Source of the DNA: Octopus vulgaris
Taxonomy: Eukaryota
Length of the DNA: 64,000 nt
NCBI GenBank assembly: GCA_951406725.2
Contig: OX597837.1
Span: 33,294,001 to 33,358,000, forward strand
Direction of reading: 5' to 3'
The notes below the pieces were generated by a model. It worked only from the letters and a program-made list of their open reading frames with translations, searched no databases and had not been told where the DNA came from. A program made the position numbers and the translations under genes. Positions 13,074-26,656 of the stretch are shown here, piece by piece. Position 1 is the first letter of the stretch. The number at the start of each line of letters is the position of its first letter.

Positions 13074-13679
13074 CTATTGGTAAGCATTTTACTAAAGACT
13101 CTGGTACTTTAAAAATAGCAACATGTTTTTACAGGAAGATAAGAAAAAAAGTCATAAAATGTATAAAGGATCAAAGGATAAAACAAAAACACAAAAATCT
13201 CACCAAAGAAACAAAGAAAAAGAAAAAAGGGGCGTGGCTTAAGCGGAAGATGAAAGGGAGAGAGTTACAGACCAAAGGGGCGTGTTCAGCCATGTCTTAT
13301 TGACATGATTGCAAAGGCATTGCCATGGTGAATGGTGAGTGACAGTCCCTGCAACAGCCACTCCACCTTGCGTGGCTCATTCCTTGATGGGCTGCAGCTA
13401 TCCTGATTTTTGCAAAGGGTAATCAGCAGTGTGGGGTCCAAGAACACCTGAGGTCTTGCTGGCAACTGGTGTGAGTTGATAGCGACTGGTCAGGCTCCTT
13501 GAAAATCATCGCAATGAAATCTCACATAATTCTTGACATCATCATCATCATCATCATGCATCCACTTGTCCATGTTTGCAAAGGTCAGGCAGAATTTGTC
13601 AAGGCAGATTTTAAGGTCTACTCAGCCAGGAAGGACTGACTTGTGGTTAAACAAAAACTGGGACCAACATGGACATCTT

Positions 13680-14120
13680 TACATGGCTATTTGATCTGCT
13701 AGAAATAACAGCTAAATGTCATTGAAACTATTTTACAAAGGGAATGATACATTGGATACACAATGAGAGGAGGACACATTGGATAGTGTAGACCTAGATG
13801 GACTGTGACTAATGGGGCACATTGGATAATGTAGTCCCAGATACACTGACTGATGGGCACATTGGATAATGTAGTCCCAGATACACTGACTGATGGGCAC
13901 ATTGGATAATGTAGTCCCAGATACACTGACTGATGGGCACATTGGATAATGTAGTCCTAGATACATTATGACTGAGGGACACATTGGATATATTGGGACA
14001 TAAGGATACATTGGATAATGTAGTCCTAGATACATTATGACAGAATGGTCAAAAATAAGCCTAAGCTTTTGATCTTCTGTCTGCTCATCCAAGGCTGACC
14101 TGAGCCTATCTAACATCAAC
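13680..14120 (+). repeat. Dispersed repeat family E carrying a 40-bp tandem array (3 perfect units 13821-13940 plus degenerate units)
   Basis: Unit ATTGGATAATGTAGTCCCAGATACACTGACTGATGGGCAC. Flanking GCTAGAAATA(G/A)CAGC..GGCTGACCTG motifs recur at ~18650, 32990, 54900-55510, 57330 and 59470. Confidence 0.8.
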
Positions 14121-14485
14121 AATTCATCCGTGACTTCATGGCAAAAATAGATATCAAAAAGGCCACACAGACAGAATGAGAGAGAGAGAGAGAGAGTGAG
14201 AGAAGGGGGCCCACAAACGAGCTTAGCTGTGGTGGTGCTTAAGAAACAAAAAAAAAAAAAAAAAACAAGAAAAAAAAATCAATAAGTCTGTACAGTCAGA
14301 ACTATGTAAGACTATATATAGATAGATGATCGTTTTAATGTTATCAATTGCAGGAAAGTTAGTAGGTATTGATGTGAAGGAGGAGGAGGAGGAGGAGGAG
14401 AAGGAAGAGGAACGAGTTTAGGTGGAGAGAACCAGGTGACATGTGATGGTGTGCACATGTAACAGCTTGCATTTAAGGACAACTC

Positions 14486-14523
<38 letters not shown>

Positions 14524-14597
14524 CAATTATGTTGGGATAAAAGTATGGAGAAAAAGAGAGCAAAAACTGAATGTAAAAAAAATAGGTATTTTTTGAT

Positions 14598-14713
14598 ATT
14601 ATTATTGCTACTATTATTATTATTATTATTCAGGTCACTGCCAGGAATCGAACTCGGAATCTTGGGGGTTAGAAGCCCGCGCTCTTAACCACTACACCAT
14701 ATGCCCGTGGGCA
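14598..14713 (-). mobile_element. Short tRNA-derived SINE or tRNA-like pseudogene with (AAT)n tail
   Basis: A box TGGTGTAGTGG and B box GAGTTCGATTCC; no convincing acceptor stem; followed by (AAT)n. Confidence 0.7.
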
Positions 14714-14803
14714 AAAAAATAAAAAAAGCATAGGTACATGAAGGTGTGAGGGCAATGATGCATGTGCAGAAGGGGCATGTGAGTGAAAGGGAGAGAAATG
14801 CGC

Positions 14804-14857
<54 letters not shown>

Positions 14858-15001
14858 GTGCATACAAGCAAGGAAAGGTATGTGTGTAAGACAGGGCAAG
14901 CATGCACAAGAGCGGAGGTAATGCACACATAGACAGTCACGAAGGCATGGCTACGTGGTAAGAAGCTTGCTTCCTAACCACATGGTTCTGGGTTCAGACT
15001 G

Positions 15002-15234
15002 AAGGCGGCGAGCTGGCAGAATCGTTAGCACGCCGGGCGAAATGCTGAGCGGTATTTCGTCTGCCGCTACGTTCTGAGTTCAAATTCCGCCGAGGTCGAC
15101 TTTGCCTTTCATCCTTTCGGGGTCGATAAAGTAAGTACCAGTTACGCACTGGGGTCGATGTAATCGACTTAATACCTATGTCTGTCCTTGTTTGTCCCCT
15201 CTATGTTTGGCCCCTTGTGGGTAATAAAGAAATA
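15002..15234 (+). mobile_element. Young full-length SINE B inserted into the head of a SINE A (14943-15345)
   Basis: 14-bp TSD GGTTCTGGGTTCAG (14984-14997 / 15235-15248). Confidence 0.9.
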
Positions 15235-16886
15235 GGTTCTGGGTTCAGTCCCATAGCATGTCACCTTGAGCAAGTCTCTACTATAGTCTCAGGCCAACCA
15301 AGCCCCTGCGAGTGGATTTGGTAGACAGAAATTGAAAGAAGCCCAGTGTGTACTTCAATTTTTTTAAGACAATATGGTAGAGTGTGATTTGAGAGAGATT
15401 TGGTCTCCGTTTTCGTCAAGCCAAGCAACTAGGTAGAGTCTCCCTTGTTAGCTTAACGAGGATATGTGTATGTGTATGTATCAGAGCATGAGTATGTGTG
15501 CAGGAGCTATACGTCTCAGTAAGTATACGTATGCATGTGCACAGATGTATACTCTTTTACTTGTTTCAGTCATTTGACTGTGGCCATGCTGGAGCACCGC
15601 CTTTAAGTTTGTTTTTTTTTTGTTACAATAAGCAAGTGCAGGTTTAAAAACCAGGCAAATGTCAGCCGTTTCACCAGCTCACTGCATCGTACCAAGGCCA
15701 GACAAATGACAGAACTTCCATGTGGCGTTTGACATGTTTATATTAACAGATGGAATCAGTTATAAGAAACAGCAGAAATCCTGCAATTGGTAGATGAGGA
15801 GGAAAGGAGACGGGGGGGGGGGTTGATACAACAAACAATTCTTATGAACAGATGGTGATGACGGTGGTGATGATGATGATGGTGATGATGGCAATGGTGG
15901 AGATAACGATAGCAGAGATAACGATGCCGATGCCGGCAGCAATGGCATGAACGATAGTGGCAGTGACAATGATGGCGGCGATAGTGGTGGTGGTGGTGCA
16001 GTGGCAATAAGATGATGCTGAAGATGGTGTATGGCAATGACGACAGGAAGAATGAGGTAAAACGAAGTCAGACAATTGAAAAACATGGAAAATAAATAAA
16101 TAAAAAAAAAACAAATAAACATTACATAAAATGCTATTAAACAAACAAACAAACAAAAAAAAGGAAAGAAAAAAAAAAGAAAACCATTTTTGCTGCCATT
16201 TGCTGCCACTAAGAATTATGTATCTGTCATGGTGCCAGAATTGAAGAAATTGCTCCAGAAATTTTGGATTCATAGACAATAGCAATGCTATTCCGTTAAA
16301 TATAAGACTAATGCTATTGAGCAGACTTCTGATTAAATGCATTCCAGCTGTGACCATCTAGTCTGTGCAGCAGTGCACTTAAAAATCACATTATCAAATG
16401 TGTCTTTTCTTCCCTTCAGTACGACTGAGGTGTGATTTGATAGATTTGGCAGCTATTTCTAGCGCCGCTAATTCTCACATAGAACCTTTTTATTTGTCAG
16501 GATGACGGTGCTATGATTGTTCAAGAACTTTACATTCATGGCACAGGGGTGGCTGTGTGCAGGCATGGACATGGTTGTGTGGAAAAATTTCGCTTGTAGG
16601 CACCCTATACTAATGTTGACCAAAGCCTTGTGAGTGGATCTGGTATACGGAAACTGAAAGAAGCCTATTGTATTTATGTATGCACATAATCGCAGGCATG
16701 GCTGTGTGGTAAGAAGCTTGCTTCCCAACCACATGGTTCAGGGTTCAGTTCCACAGCATGGCACCTTGGGCAAGTGTCTTGTACAATAGCCTCAGGCTGA
16801 CCAAACCCTTGTGAGTGAATTCGGTAGATGGAAATTGAAAGAAGCCTATTGTGCTTATGTGTGCATGCATATATATATATACACAC

Positions 16887-17847
16887 ATAGTGTGCAATGG
16901 GTAAACTTTGCATTGTTTGGTTTTGATTTTGTCAACTACGCAGTATAGTAGGGTCACTTGGGCACTGTCTGCAAGAAATACAGCACCATGACGCAATTCA
17001 CACAGCCAGAAATTCGGAAACGGCATGCTGTATTATTTGGCATTTGCACCAGAAGCTCCAATACGATCATTTCAGAGTGTTTGGGTGTCAATCTGAGGAG
17101 AGTGCAGAGGTTTCAGAAAAGAACTCCTGAATTTGTTGGTGAGATCCAGGCAATTTTTATCCCAAACCATCAAGGACAAGAGGAAAAACTACACTACAAA
17201 GCTTTTGAACAAATTCAAGCATCCCCCCCAACCGAACAGTCTCCAAAACATACTGAAAAAAATGAGGTGAGATCCAGGCCAGTCAACATCATGGTGTTTG
17301 GAGTGATCACTAGTGATGGTGACATTATGTCTCATCTCACACGGCTTTAGGCTCAACACAGAGGCCTACATCAAATGCCTGGAGGAGATAGTGCTGCCCT
17401 TGGTCAAGAGGGTGGCTGCTGGAAGACCCTATGTCTGGCAACAGGACTCTGCAGTATGCCACACAAGCAGGAGAGCCCAGTCATGGGTGTAAGACAATTT
17501 CTGCAATCACCTCACCCATAACATCTGGCCACCTAATTCCCCAGACTGCAACTCCCTTGATTTATTATGTGTGGGGTGCAGTTGAGTGAGAGACCAGCAA
17601 AATTCCTTGTCACACCAAAGATGAACAGAAGGCAAGGGTTATGGCAGCATTCACCAACTTAAACAAGGAGACCGTCCAGAAGAGTTGCAGGAGATTCCAA
17701 AGTTAGTTGAAGCCAATGGCGATTTTATTGAATAAATTTACTCTTTAATATTTCAAGATATTTTTATGTAATTTTGGTAAATATATCTTAAAATGAGATG
17801 TCAGTGTTATTTTCATTTTTGTGTAATTTAGACAATTTATTCACCAC

Positions 17848-17853
<6 letters not shown>
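16887..17853 (+). mobile_element. Decayed, internally deleted Tc1/mariner-superfamily transposon of the DD37D (maT) type
   Basis: Translates to IMVFGVITSDG..YIKCLEEIVLP..YVWQQDSAVCHTSRRAQSWV*DNF..WPPNSPDCNSLD(fs)YYVWG, with 37 residues between the 2nd and 3rd catalytic Asp. Contains stops and frameshifts; degenerate TIRs lie next to TA runs. Confidence 0.88.
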
Positions 17854-17897
<44 letters not shown>

Positions 17898-19019
17898 TAC
17901 ATACATATACACACACATACATACATATCACATGATCATGTGACCAACCAGGATATCAGATGTTACACATCACTGGACAGAGTGTGCTTTTGCATTGTTT
18001 TAGCCTTCAAATGACGCCACCCTGCTGGGTAGGTGAGCAGGCCAACATTCTCCCCCGATTGAAATGGGGACGGCAGCAATGTGAAATGAAGTGATTTGCT
18101 CAAGAACACAATGTGCCGCCCAGCCAGGGAATCAAACCCACGATCTAGCGATCACGAGTGCAACAGCCTAACCACCGTGTGTGGTTGTATGTGTGTGTGT
18201 GTGTTTGTGTGTGTTTGCGTGTGTCTTATCACTACTTGACAACCAGTGTTGGTGTGTTTAAATCCTCTCAACTTAGCAGTTCAGTAAAAGAGACTGACAG
18301 AATAAGTACCAGGCTTTAAAAAAAATTCAAGCATGGAGTCAACTTGTTTGGCGATGAAAAGAAAGAAAAATGAGAAAAAAACCCTTCAAAGTGATGCCCC
18401 AGTATGGCCACAGTCCAATGAAGGGAAAGGTTACTTGAAAAGGTAAGGGACTGAGCCATCGTCCATTTAAAACTGGTGGCACTTCAATTCAGTGCCCCTT
18501 AGGGTTTACCACAGTAACCCCTCCTCCACATCATAGTTTACAGCAATCCCTTACTACAAACCTTAATTCATATTCAACCACACAAACACATCTGCCAAGA
18601 CAGGATAATGTTAAAACACCAAGACAAACAGCCACTACATGGTCTTTCAACTTGCTAGAGGTAGCAGTCAAATCTTCCTGAAACCACACACTACCCCTAC
18701 TAAATATGGAAAGGACACACCAAATCATGTAGCCAGCCATACATGGCAATAAATAGATAGGAAGAGCCACAACTGGATTGCCTTTAATTAATTATAACCA
18801 TGCTCAATCAGGACTGATTGACTCAGAGTTAAACAACAACAAAATCAACAATCACAACTCCATAGAGAACAGCTGGGGAGCCATTTGATCTGCTAAAAAC
18901 AGCCAAATCTCTCACAAATGTCATGCTGACAGGGCTGTACCTTCAAGGTTTACCTGGAGCTACCCAACAAACAACAACATGCAGGTTATTAAGGTAAGAA
19001 AGAATAGTTTTGAACTTAC

Positions 19020-19101
19020 AATGTTATCTAGTGTGACAGCGTGACAAAGCTACTTAGCGCCATGTTCAACATGGATGATCACCATTGCGAAAAATATATA
19101 A
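19020..19101 (-). other. Candidate 82-nt non-coding 5'UTR exon of RNF19
   Basis: Unique sequence on the gene's strand, bounded by a branch-point-like CTGAC plus TTTCTTTTTCTTCCAG acceptor and a GTAAGT donor. Confidence 0.55.
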
Positions 19102-19352
19102 CTGGAAGAAAAAGAAATTGAATGTCAGTTTATATACACACCTCCCTGTCTCTACACACACAAACAATATATATATATATATATATGTATATATCATTTT
19201 ACATCCGCTTTCTATACTGACATGAACTGGACAGACTACATATATTCACACACACAAACATAGAATCATCAAAGATCTGGTTTCAATATGTCAAAAGATT
19301 ACATCATGCACCAACGGCTGGTTTTATTTGTTATTTCAGTTTTGTTATTTTT

Positions 19353-19580
19353 TTAACCCTTTAGTGCTTAAACCGGCCATATTTGGCCCAGATATTCTAC
19401 ATGTTTTATATTCAAACTGGCCATATCCAGCCTCTTACACCTAACCTACATTGACATTCTAAAATTAGACAATCACATCATTGAAACCTCAAAGATATAA
19501 CATAATGCATGATTAATTCAAAACAATTTGAGTGAAAAAGTATTACATTTAACAGAGTAATCTGAACACTAAAGGGTTAA
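19353..19580 (+). mobile_element. piggyBac-type MITE, family 1
   Basis: TTAA-CCCTTTAGTG...CACTAAAGGG-TTAA. Confidence 0.9.
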
Positions 19581-19584
19581 TAAG

Positions 19585-20000
19585 AAAATCCCAAACAAGA
19601 TGAGAAGCCACTGAGAGTAGGTCCCTATGAAGGAGAAATTAAATGAAAGGAATGGATTTATTAAAGGCTTGAAAAAGAGTTTGGGTCATAAGAAGGAGGA
19701 AAACAATGAGATGAAAGAGAGTGCCAAAGTATGGTAGCTTGAGGAAAAAAGCTACGACAGTAGAAAGATTTCCTTATTCATGGAAGAACAACAGGATTCG
19801 GATGAAAACGCTCCGAGTTTCAAATCAGGTAAGATGGCACAAAGGGATTTGAAACTATGAGGAGAAAGTTCATCAGAGCATTTCCTGTGGTAGTTACAAC
19901 AGAAGAGATTAAGACTAGTGATGACACAGTGCTGTGACAAGGGTTGCAGAGTTGAAGCAAGAAAGGGACCAATCAAATCAGAGACTCACTTCTGAACCCG
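19585..20000 (-). mobile_element. 3' remnant of a CR1/Jockey-like LINE ORF2
   Basis: Translates to IGPFLASTLQPLSQHCVITSLNLFCCNYHRKCSDELS...FFPQATILWHSLSSHCFPPSYD, resembling the LQPLSHRR..SLSLFY..CSxEL and FFPxTxxLWNSLP motifs. Confidence 0.7.
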
Positions 20001-21158
20001 ATGAAGAAGATTACTATAGACTACATAACTGTATACCACATAAAAGCGCCCATGTAGCACCACGTAGAAGTGTTTGTGCCACATTGTATAGAAGCACCCA
20101 TGTGGTGCAGCATAGAAGTGCCCATGTGGTACCACAAAGAAACATCCATGTGGAACCATGTAGAAGCACCCAGCACATACTGTAAAGTGGTTGGCATTAG
20201 GAAGGGCATCCAGCCGTAGAAACCCATACCAAATCAGACTGGAGTCTGGTGCAGCCCCTCAACTTACCAGCCCAGGTCAAACCATACAACCCTTGCCAGC
20301 ATGGACAACAGACATGAAAAGGATGATGATGATGATATACATACATCTACATGTATAATTATGTGCATATGTGTATAACTGTAAACATATCATTGTTTTA
20401 ACATCTCCTTTTCTATACTTGCCGGAGTCGGAATTTTGTCTAAGCTGGATGCCCTTCCTGTCCCCAACCCTCACCTGTTTCCAAGGTAATTTCTCAATTG
20501 GTTGGATAGGTTTTCATGGAAGATTGAAAATGAAGGACACTGCTTGTATGACAGTGAAACTCGTTTACAACAAACACATGCTGTTAAGACAAGGAAACAC
20601 CACACACACACACAAAGGCACACACATCGTTTCTTTCAGTTTTTCATCTACCAAATTCCACTTACAAGACATTGTTCAACCCAAGACTACAAACAGAAAA
20701 TACCCAAACTGCCATTCAGTAGGGTTGAACCCAGAACCGCCATATCTCTGAAGAAAACTTCTTAACCACACAACCATGCTTGCACATACACCATTTTCCC
20801 TAAGCTACATCAACACACACAGAGCTATATCTACATTATAACTATCTCTCATATATAATTTATTTTTCCTTAACTAGATCAACATCTACACACACACACA
20901 CATATGCAATGTAGTTACAGCAATACTTAAATTATATATAATTATCTACATATATCTACAAATTACATTCCTATCTATTATATCTCTCTATCAATGTATC
21001 TTATATCTATCTACCTATCTCACATCTATATCTATCTATCTATCTACCTATCTCACATCTATATCTATCTATCTATCTATCTCACATCTATATCTATCTA
21101 TCTATATATCTCACATCTATATCTATCTATCTATATATCTCACATCTATATCTATCTA

Positions 21159-21209
<51 letters not shown>

Positions 21210-21220
21210 ATATATATACG

Positions 21221-21259
<39 letters not shown>

Positions 21260-21750
21260 TACATGTGTGTGTATATATATGTGTGTGTGTGTGTGTGTGT
21301 TTACATATACTCAGATACGTGTATAGGAAGAGGGAAGGCAAAAACGAGACTTCCCTCTTTACCCACCAACTCCCTCTCCCCACCACCACCACCTTAATGA
21401 TGTAGCTTTGGTATCCACCAACAACCGGAATCATTAAAACTCTTACCTGTTATCCAATAGACGCCCCCCCCTCCACAACCACCACCACCACCCCACAACG
21501 AACATTTGCAGTAAAAAAAAAAATGCACTCGAGTTACGCCAACAGATTAATGAGGAGAGAAGGAAAAAAAGAAAACAAGAAAAAAAAGAAAACAGAAGAA
21601 AAAAAAAGAAAGAGATTCTTGAAGGAAACAGCTTCGTCTTCCTTTCTATATGGCAAAACCATCGTCCTCATCACTAACATCACCATTATCACGTATTCAC
21701 CACCCTCATCATAAACACATACCCCCTGCCCCCCGACATCATTATCAACC

Positions 21751-21983
21751 TATTTCTTTATTACCCACAAGGGGCTAAACACAGAGGGAACAAACAAGGA
21801 CAAACATAGGTATTAAGTCGATTACATCGACCCCAGTTCGTAACTGGTACTTAATTTATCGACCCCCGAAAGGATGAAAGGCAAAGTCGACCTCGGCGGA
21901 ATTTGAACTCACAACGTAACGCAGACGAAATACCGCTAAGCATTTCGCCCGGCGTGCTAACGTTTCTGCCAGCTCGCCGCCTT
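21751..21983 (-). mobile_element. Young full-length SINE B
   Basis: 9-bp TSD TTATCAACC; highly similar to 15002-15234. Confidence 0.9.
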
Positions 21984-22717
21984 ATCAACCGCTTCACCAC
22001 CATCACCACCACCTGTCTGGAGATGATACCTGGAGAAGGAGGGATGAACCCCAAGTGTGACAGCAACGGCAACTGTTTTGAGTTTATGCAGGTCGGCAAT
22101 TTTGTGGGGAGGGGCTTAGCTGATGCCACTGTCTCCAGCATATGACTGGTACTTCATCAATTTTGAACAGATGGAAAGCAAAGGTGACCTCAGAACAAAG
22201 AGCCAGAAGACACTCTTTAAGGCATTATTGTCCAGCAGGCTTTCTTTTATTGACCACAAGGGCCTGAGACATTGAGGACAATACATGGACAAAGAACAAC
22301 ACACCATGGTGCCGTTTAAGTCAAGTAAAAGAAGTCAACAAGAACAAGGAGTTCTTTTATCAATAATAATAATGAATGTTTCTAATTAATGGCACAAGGC
22401 CAGCAACTTGGTGGGGGGGGGGAGAGAAAGTCAATTACATTGACCCCAGTGTTCAACTGGTATTTATTTTATCAAGCCTGAAAGGATGAAGGGCAAAGTC
22501 AACTCCATCAGCATTGAAACTCAGAACCTAAAATCATAAAAAATGGTAAGGTAACGCTTCTGCCAACCCTGCAATCTTAATGATAATCATTTCTAATTTT
22601 GGCACAGGGCCAGTAATTTCGAAAGGAAGGGACAACTTGATTACATTGACCCCTGAAAGGTAAAGTTGGCATCAGCAGGATTTGAACACCGAATGTAACA
22701 AGCCAGAAGAAAAGACA

Positions 22718-22946
22718 TTAACCCTTTAGTGTTCGCATTATTCTGCCAAAATTAATCCTTTTTTATCCACATTGCCTTGAACTAATCAGGCATTATCTTG
22801 TAGCTTTGAGATTTTGATGAGGTAGCTGTTAATTTTTAAAACGATATTGTAGGGTTGGTGTGAGAGACCAGATCTGGCCAGTTTGAACATAAAACAGGCA
22901 GAATACTTTTGGCCGGATATGGCCGGTTTAAATGCTAAAGGGTTAA
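22718..22946 (-). mobile_element. piggyBac-type MITE, family 1, inside a degenerate SINE B array
   Basis: TTAA-CCCTTTAG...CTAAAGGG-TTAA; near-identical to 33230-33458. Confidence 0.9.
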
Positions 22947-23734
22947 AGCATTTTTATCTGATACACTAATCATTCTGCCACCTCAAAGCTTTAATAAAAA
23001 GAAATCCTTGATTGCACAGAAAAAAAAAATTTTCTAGATCAAGGCTTTCTTTTTTATTTTTTTTTTATTTATCCTCAGGTACTTTTCTTTCTTACCTCAA
23101 AAAAAAAAAAAAAATTGCACACACAAACCCATACAAAAATACCTCTCACATAATCACATATTTTACAGGAGGACAGGTCAAGTTCGGTTTACTGATATGC
23201 TCTTGAATAAACTGACTGAAAGAACAGAAAAATCTTTGTCTCTTTTGTTGATGTTAGACATTCCTTTGACAATAACGAGTCCATCACTAATCAACGTCAC
23301 ATGCACACCCATAATTAAACACACTCACAATAGCGCAAAGATGTACGCCTACATAGAGAAACACACACACACACACACACACACAAAGTGACATGGTTCA
23401 TGCTAAACACTCTTCAATCATTATTCATACAATTTATTACCATAAACACTTTGCTGAAGAGCTGGGCTTCTCTATTCTCTGATGCAACGTAAATAAAATG
23501 TCACAAAGTCTAAAAGAGCTCCTCAACCCACACTTTGCAAGGGCGGAATGTTTTCACGTAGCAACTGGAATAAATTCTGGTTGACAGAACCGAGAGAGAC
23601 AAACAGCACCCATCCAGCCATGGCAAATGCGCTGAAGTGCCAACAATTCAGTCTACTTAGCTGTAAGCCGGTCCAGAGAGTGGAAGGACACAATCTAAAT
23701 CCACATAACTGGATTATCATAATAATCATTATTT

Positions 23735-23768
<34 letters not shown>

Positions 23769-23771
<3 letters not shown>

Positions 23772-24150
23772 GGCAGCAAGCTGGTAGAATTGTTAGCATG
23801 GCGGGCAAAATGCTTAGCGGCATTTCGTCCGTCTACACATTCTGAGTTCAAATTCTGCTGAGGTTGGCTTTTGCCTTTCATCCATCTAGGGTCGATAAAT
23901 GAAGTGTCAGTTGAGTACTTGGGGTTGACGTAATCGACTTTCTTCCTCCCCCAAAATATCAGGCTTTCTGCCTTTTGTAGAAAGTAGGCAGAGGAGTGGT
24001 TGTGTGGTAAGTGACTTGCTTATCAACCACATGGTTCTGGGTTCAGTCCCACAGTGTGGCACCTTGGGCAAGTGTCATCTACTATAGCCTCGGGCCAACC
24101 AAAGCCTTGTGAGTGGATTTGGTAGACGGAAACTGAAAGAACCTCATCGC
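23769..24150 (+). mobile_element. SINE B followed by a SINE A 5' half
   Basis: Family motifs, preceded by (ATT)n. Confidence 0.8.
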
Positions 24151-24186
<36 letters not shown>

Positions 24187-24696
24187 ACATACATCCATCC
24201 ATCCATCCATCCATCCATCCACACACACACACACATCCACACACACAAGACATTATTAAAAAACTCTTCTGAACTTGTTTATTACAGAAATATTCTCATT
24301 AAATTCACATAAGATTGCAACGTGACACGTGTTTCTGCCGCAAAAGTGTCCTGCTGTCTTTTCATGTAGCATTTATAAGCATTTAGTCAGATCAGTCGCA
24401 GAACACATTCACATCCAGGGTAGACATTCCTATGCGGCTTTGTTCAAGAATTTACCCAGATGGGTGGGTGAAACAAACTTCTGTACGTTCCTGTCATTCA
24501 ATGTGGTTGGCCAGATCTGGATTATATCAGAGTACTAATAAGGTACACCTGCCTAGATTCCAAATCCCTATTCCTTTAAGTTTTACACACACACACATAT
24601 GGTGGTTATGGCTGCAATACTTCTGGCCATAGGTCTACTTGGTCAGAACTGACCTGAGGCTAAACCAGAACAGTAAAAATATGTTCTGTTCATTAT

Positions 24697-25517
24697 AGGC
24701 ACGGGAATGGCTGTGTGATAAGAAGCTTGCTTCCCAACCACATGGTTCTGGGTTCAGTCCCACTGTGTGGCACCTCAGGTAAGTGTCTATAGTAGCTTCA
24801 GGCCGACCAAAACCTTGTGAGTGAATTTGGTAGACAAAAACTGAAAGAAACCCATCATATATATATATATATTCATATTCTTTACTTGTTTCAGCCTTTT
24901 GACTATGGCCATGCTGGAGCACCACCTTTAGTTGAACAACTTGACTCCAGGACTTATTCTTTGTAAGCCTAGTACTTATTCAGTTGGTCACTTTTGCTGA
25001 ACTGCCAAGTTACGGGGACATAAGCACACCAACACCAATTGTCAATCGATAGTGGGGTAACAAACACAGACACAAACATGTGTATGTATATATATATATA
25101 TATGATGGACTTCATTCAATTTCCATCTACCAAATCCACTCACAAGGCTTTAGTTGGCCCAAGTCTATAGTAGAAGACGCTTGCCTAAGGTGCCACGCAG
25201 TAGGACTGAACCCAGAACCATGTGGTTGGAAAGCAAGCTTCTTACCACACAGCCACACCTGCGCACATATATGTATGTACCTATGTACGTATATTTATGT
25301 GTGTGTGTGTCTGTATTTCCCCCACCCCTGCCGCCATTGCTTGACAACGAATGTTGGTGAATCCATGTCCTTGTAACTTAGCTGTTCAGCAAAAAGCAAC
25401 CAATAGAATACGTACTAGGCTTACAAACAATAAGTTGTGGTGTTGATTCCTTTGACTGATACCCTTTAAGGCAGTGCTCTAGCACGGCCGCAGTCAAATG
25501 ACTGAAACCGGTAAAAG
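24697..25517 (+). mobile_element. SINE A with a complete antisense SINE A (~24878-25263) nested in its internal microsatellite
   Basis: + head, then a full minus copy, then the + 3' body. Confidence 0.82.
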
Positions 25518-25909
25518 AATACTGATTCTGCCAGTCCACATATGAACATTACTTTAAAATAAAATATAGACAACAACAAAAAAAAAATAAAGAAAAAAAA
25601 AACAAAAAATAAAGATGAAGCAATACAACAGGAGCCCCTTATCAAGACCAGAACCAAATGGCTGAAACTAGTGAAAGAATGGGAGCGGTGGGGGAGAAGA
25701 AATATTCCAGCAATCTACGAGGTAGAACGGTCTGGAATAATTAATTGGTTGGTTGTTAATTTTCCCACTAAACATGTCAATAAAAATTAGAAAGAAACAG
25801 AGACCTTGGTAAGGTTTCAGAAAATTAAATTCTAAACCAAAAACCCAAAATTTAAGAAACAAGAGATAGGTTATCAATTGAGAAAATTGTCACAGAACAA
25901 GGGGATATA

Positions 25910-26155
25910 TCATCATCATCATCATCATCATTGTTGTTTAACGTCCGTTTTCCATGCTAGCATGGGTTGGACGGCTCAACTGGGGCCTGGGAAGCCAGGA
26001 GGCTGCGCCAGGCCCAGTCTGATCTGACAGTGTTTCTACAGCTGGATGCCCTTCCTAACGCCAACCACTCCGGGAGTGTAGTGGGTGCTTTTTATGTGCC
26101 ACCTGCACAGGTGCCAGACGAGGCTGGCAAATGGCCACGATCGGATGGTGCTTTT
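25910..26155 (-). mobile_element. Repeat family D, an RTE-related non-autonomous retroposon with (GAT)n tail
   Basis: GTGGTTGGCGTTAGGAAGGGCATCCAGC..CCCATGCTAGCATGGAAA..GACGTTAAA-(GAT)n. Other copies lie at ~1670, 4872, 6085, 20170, 41078, 45655, 48850, 49215 and 63585. Confidence 0.78.
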
Positions 26156-26656
26156 TACACCATTGCTTGACAACCGATGTTGATGTGTTTACATCCCCGT
26201 AACAGCGGTTCACCAAAAGGAGACCGATAGTATAAGTACTAGAAAGAATAAGTCCTGGGGAGCGATTCGTTCGACTAAAAGGCAGTGCTCCAGCATGGCC
26301 GTAGTCAAATGACAAAGAAGTAAAATAATATACACATATTACACATATTAATATTTAGCAGAAGCAACAGTGACTTGAGGGCCAAGAGTTTTGTGTGTTA
26401 TATGTAACGCATGCACCCACACACACAGTCATGTGCAATAGCATACACACACACACAGACAGACACACGTGCACACACACACAATGTCAGGAGGAAACTG
26501 ATAAAACGTTTGAATATTTGTGATAAAGTTAACTCCTAATTAGCAGTGGTGGTGGTGGTGGTGGTGGTGGTTTTGGTAAATATTTTGGAAGAAGGAGGCA
26601 TTAAACTACAACCGCTGCCATCACGCCCACCCCCACTTGACAAACACTTATTCTAA

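Noticed and set aside
14630-14713. Functional tRNA gene
   Set aside because: A and B boxes are present, but there is no proper acceptor stem or cloverleaf and it carries an (AAT)n tail, so it is SINE-like.
16958-17350. 130-aa ORF as a host gene or active transposase
   Set aside because: It is a fragment of a deleted, frameshifted maT transposase.
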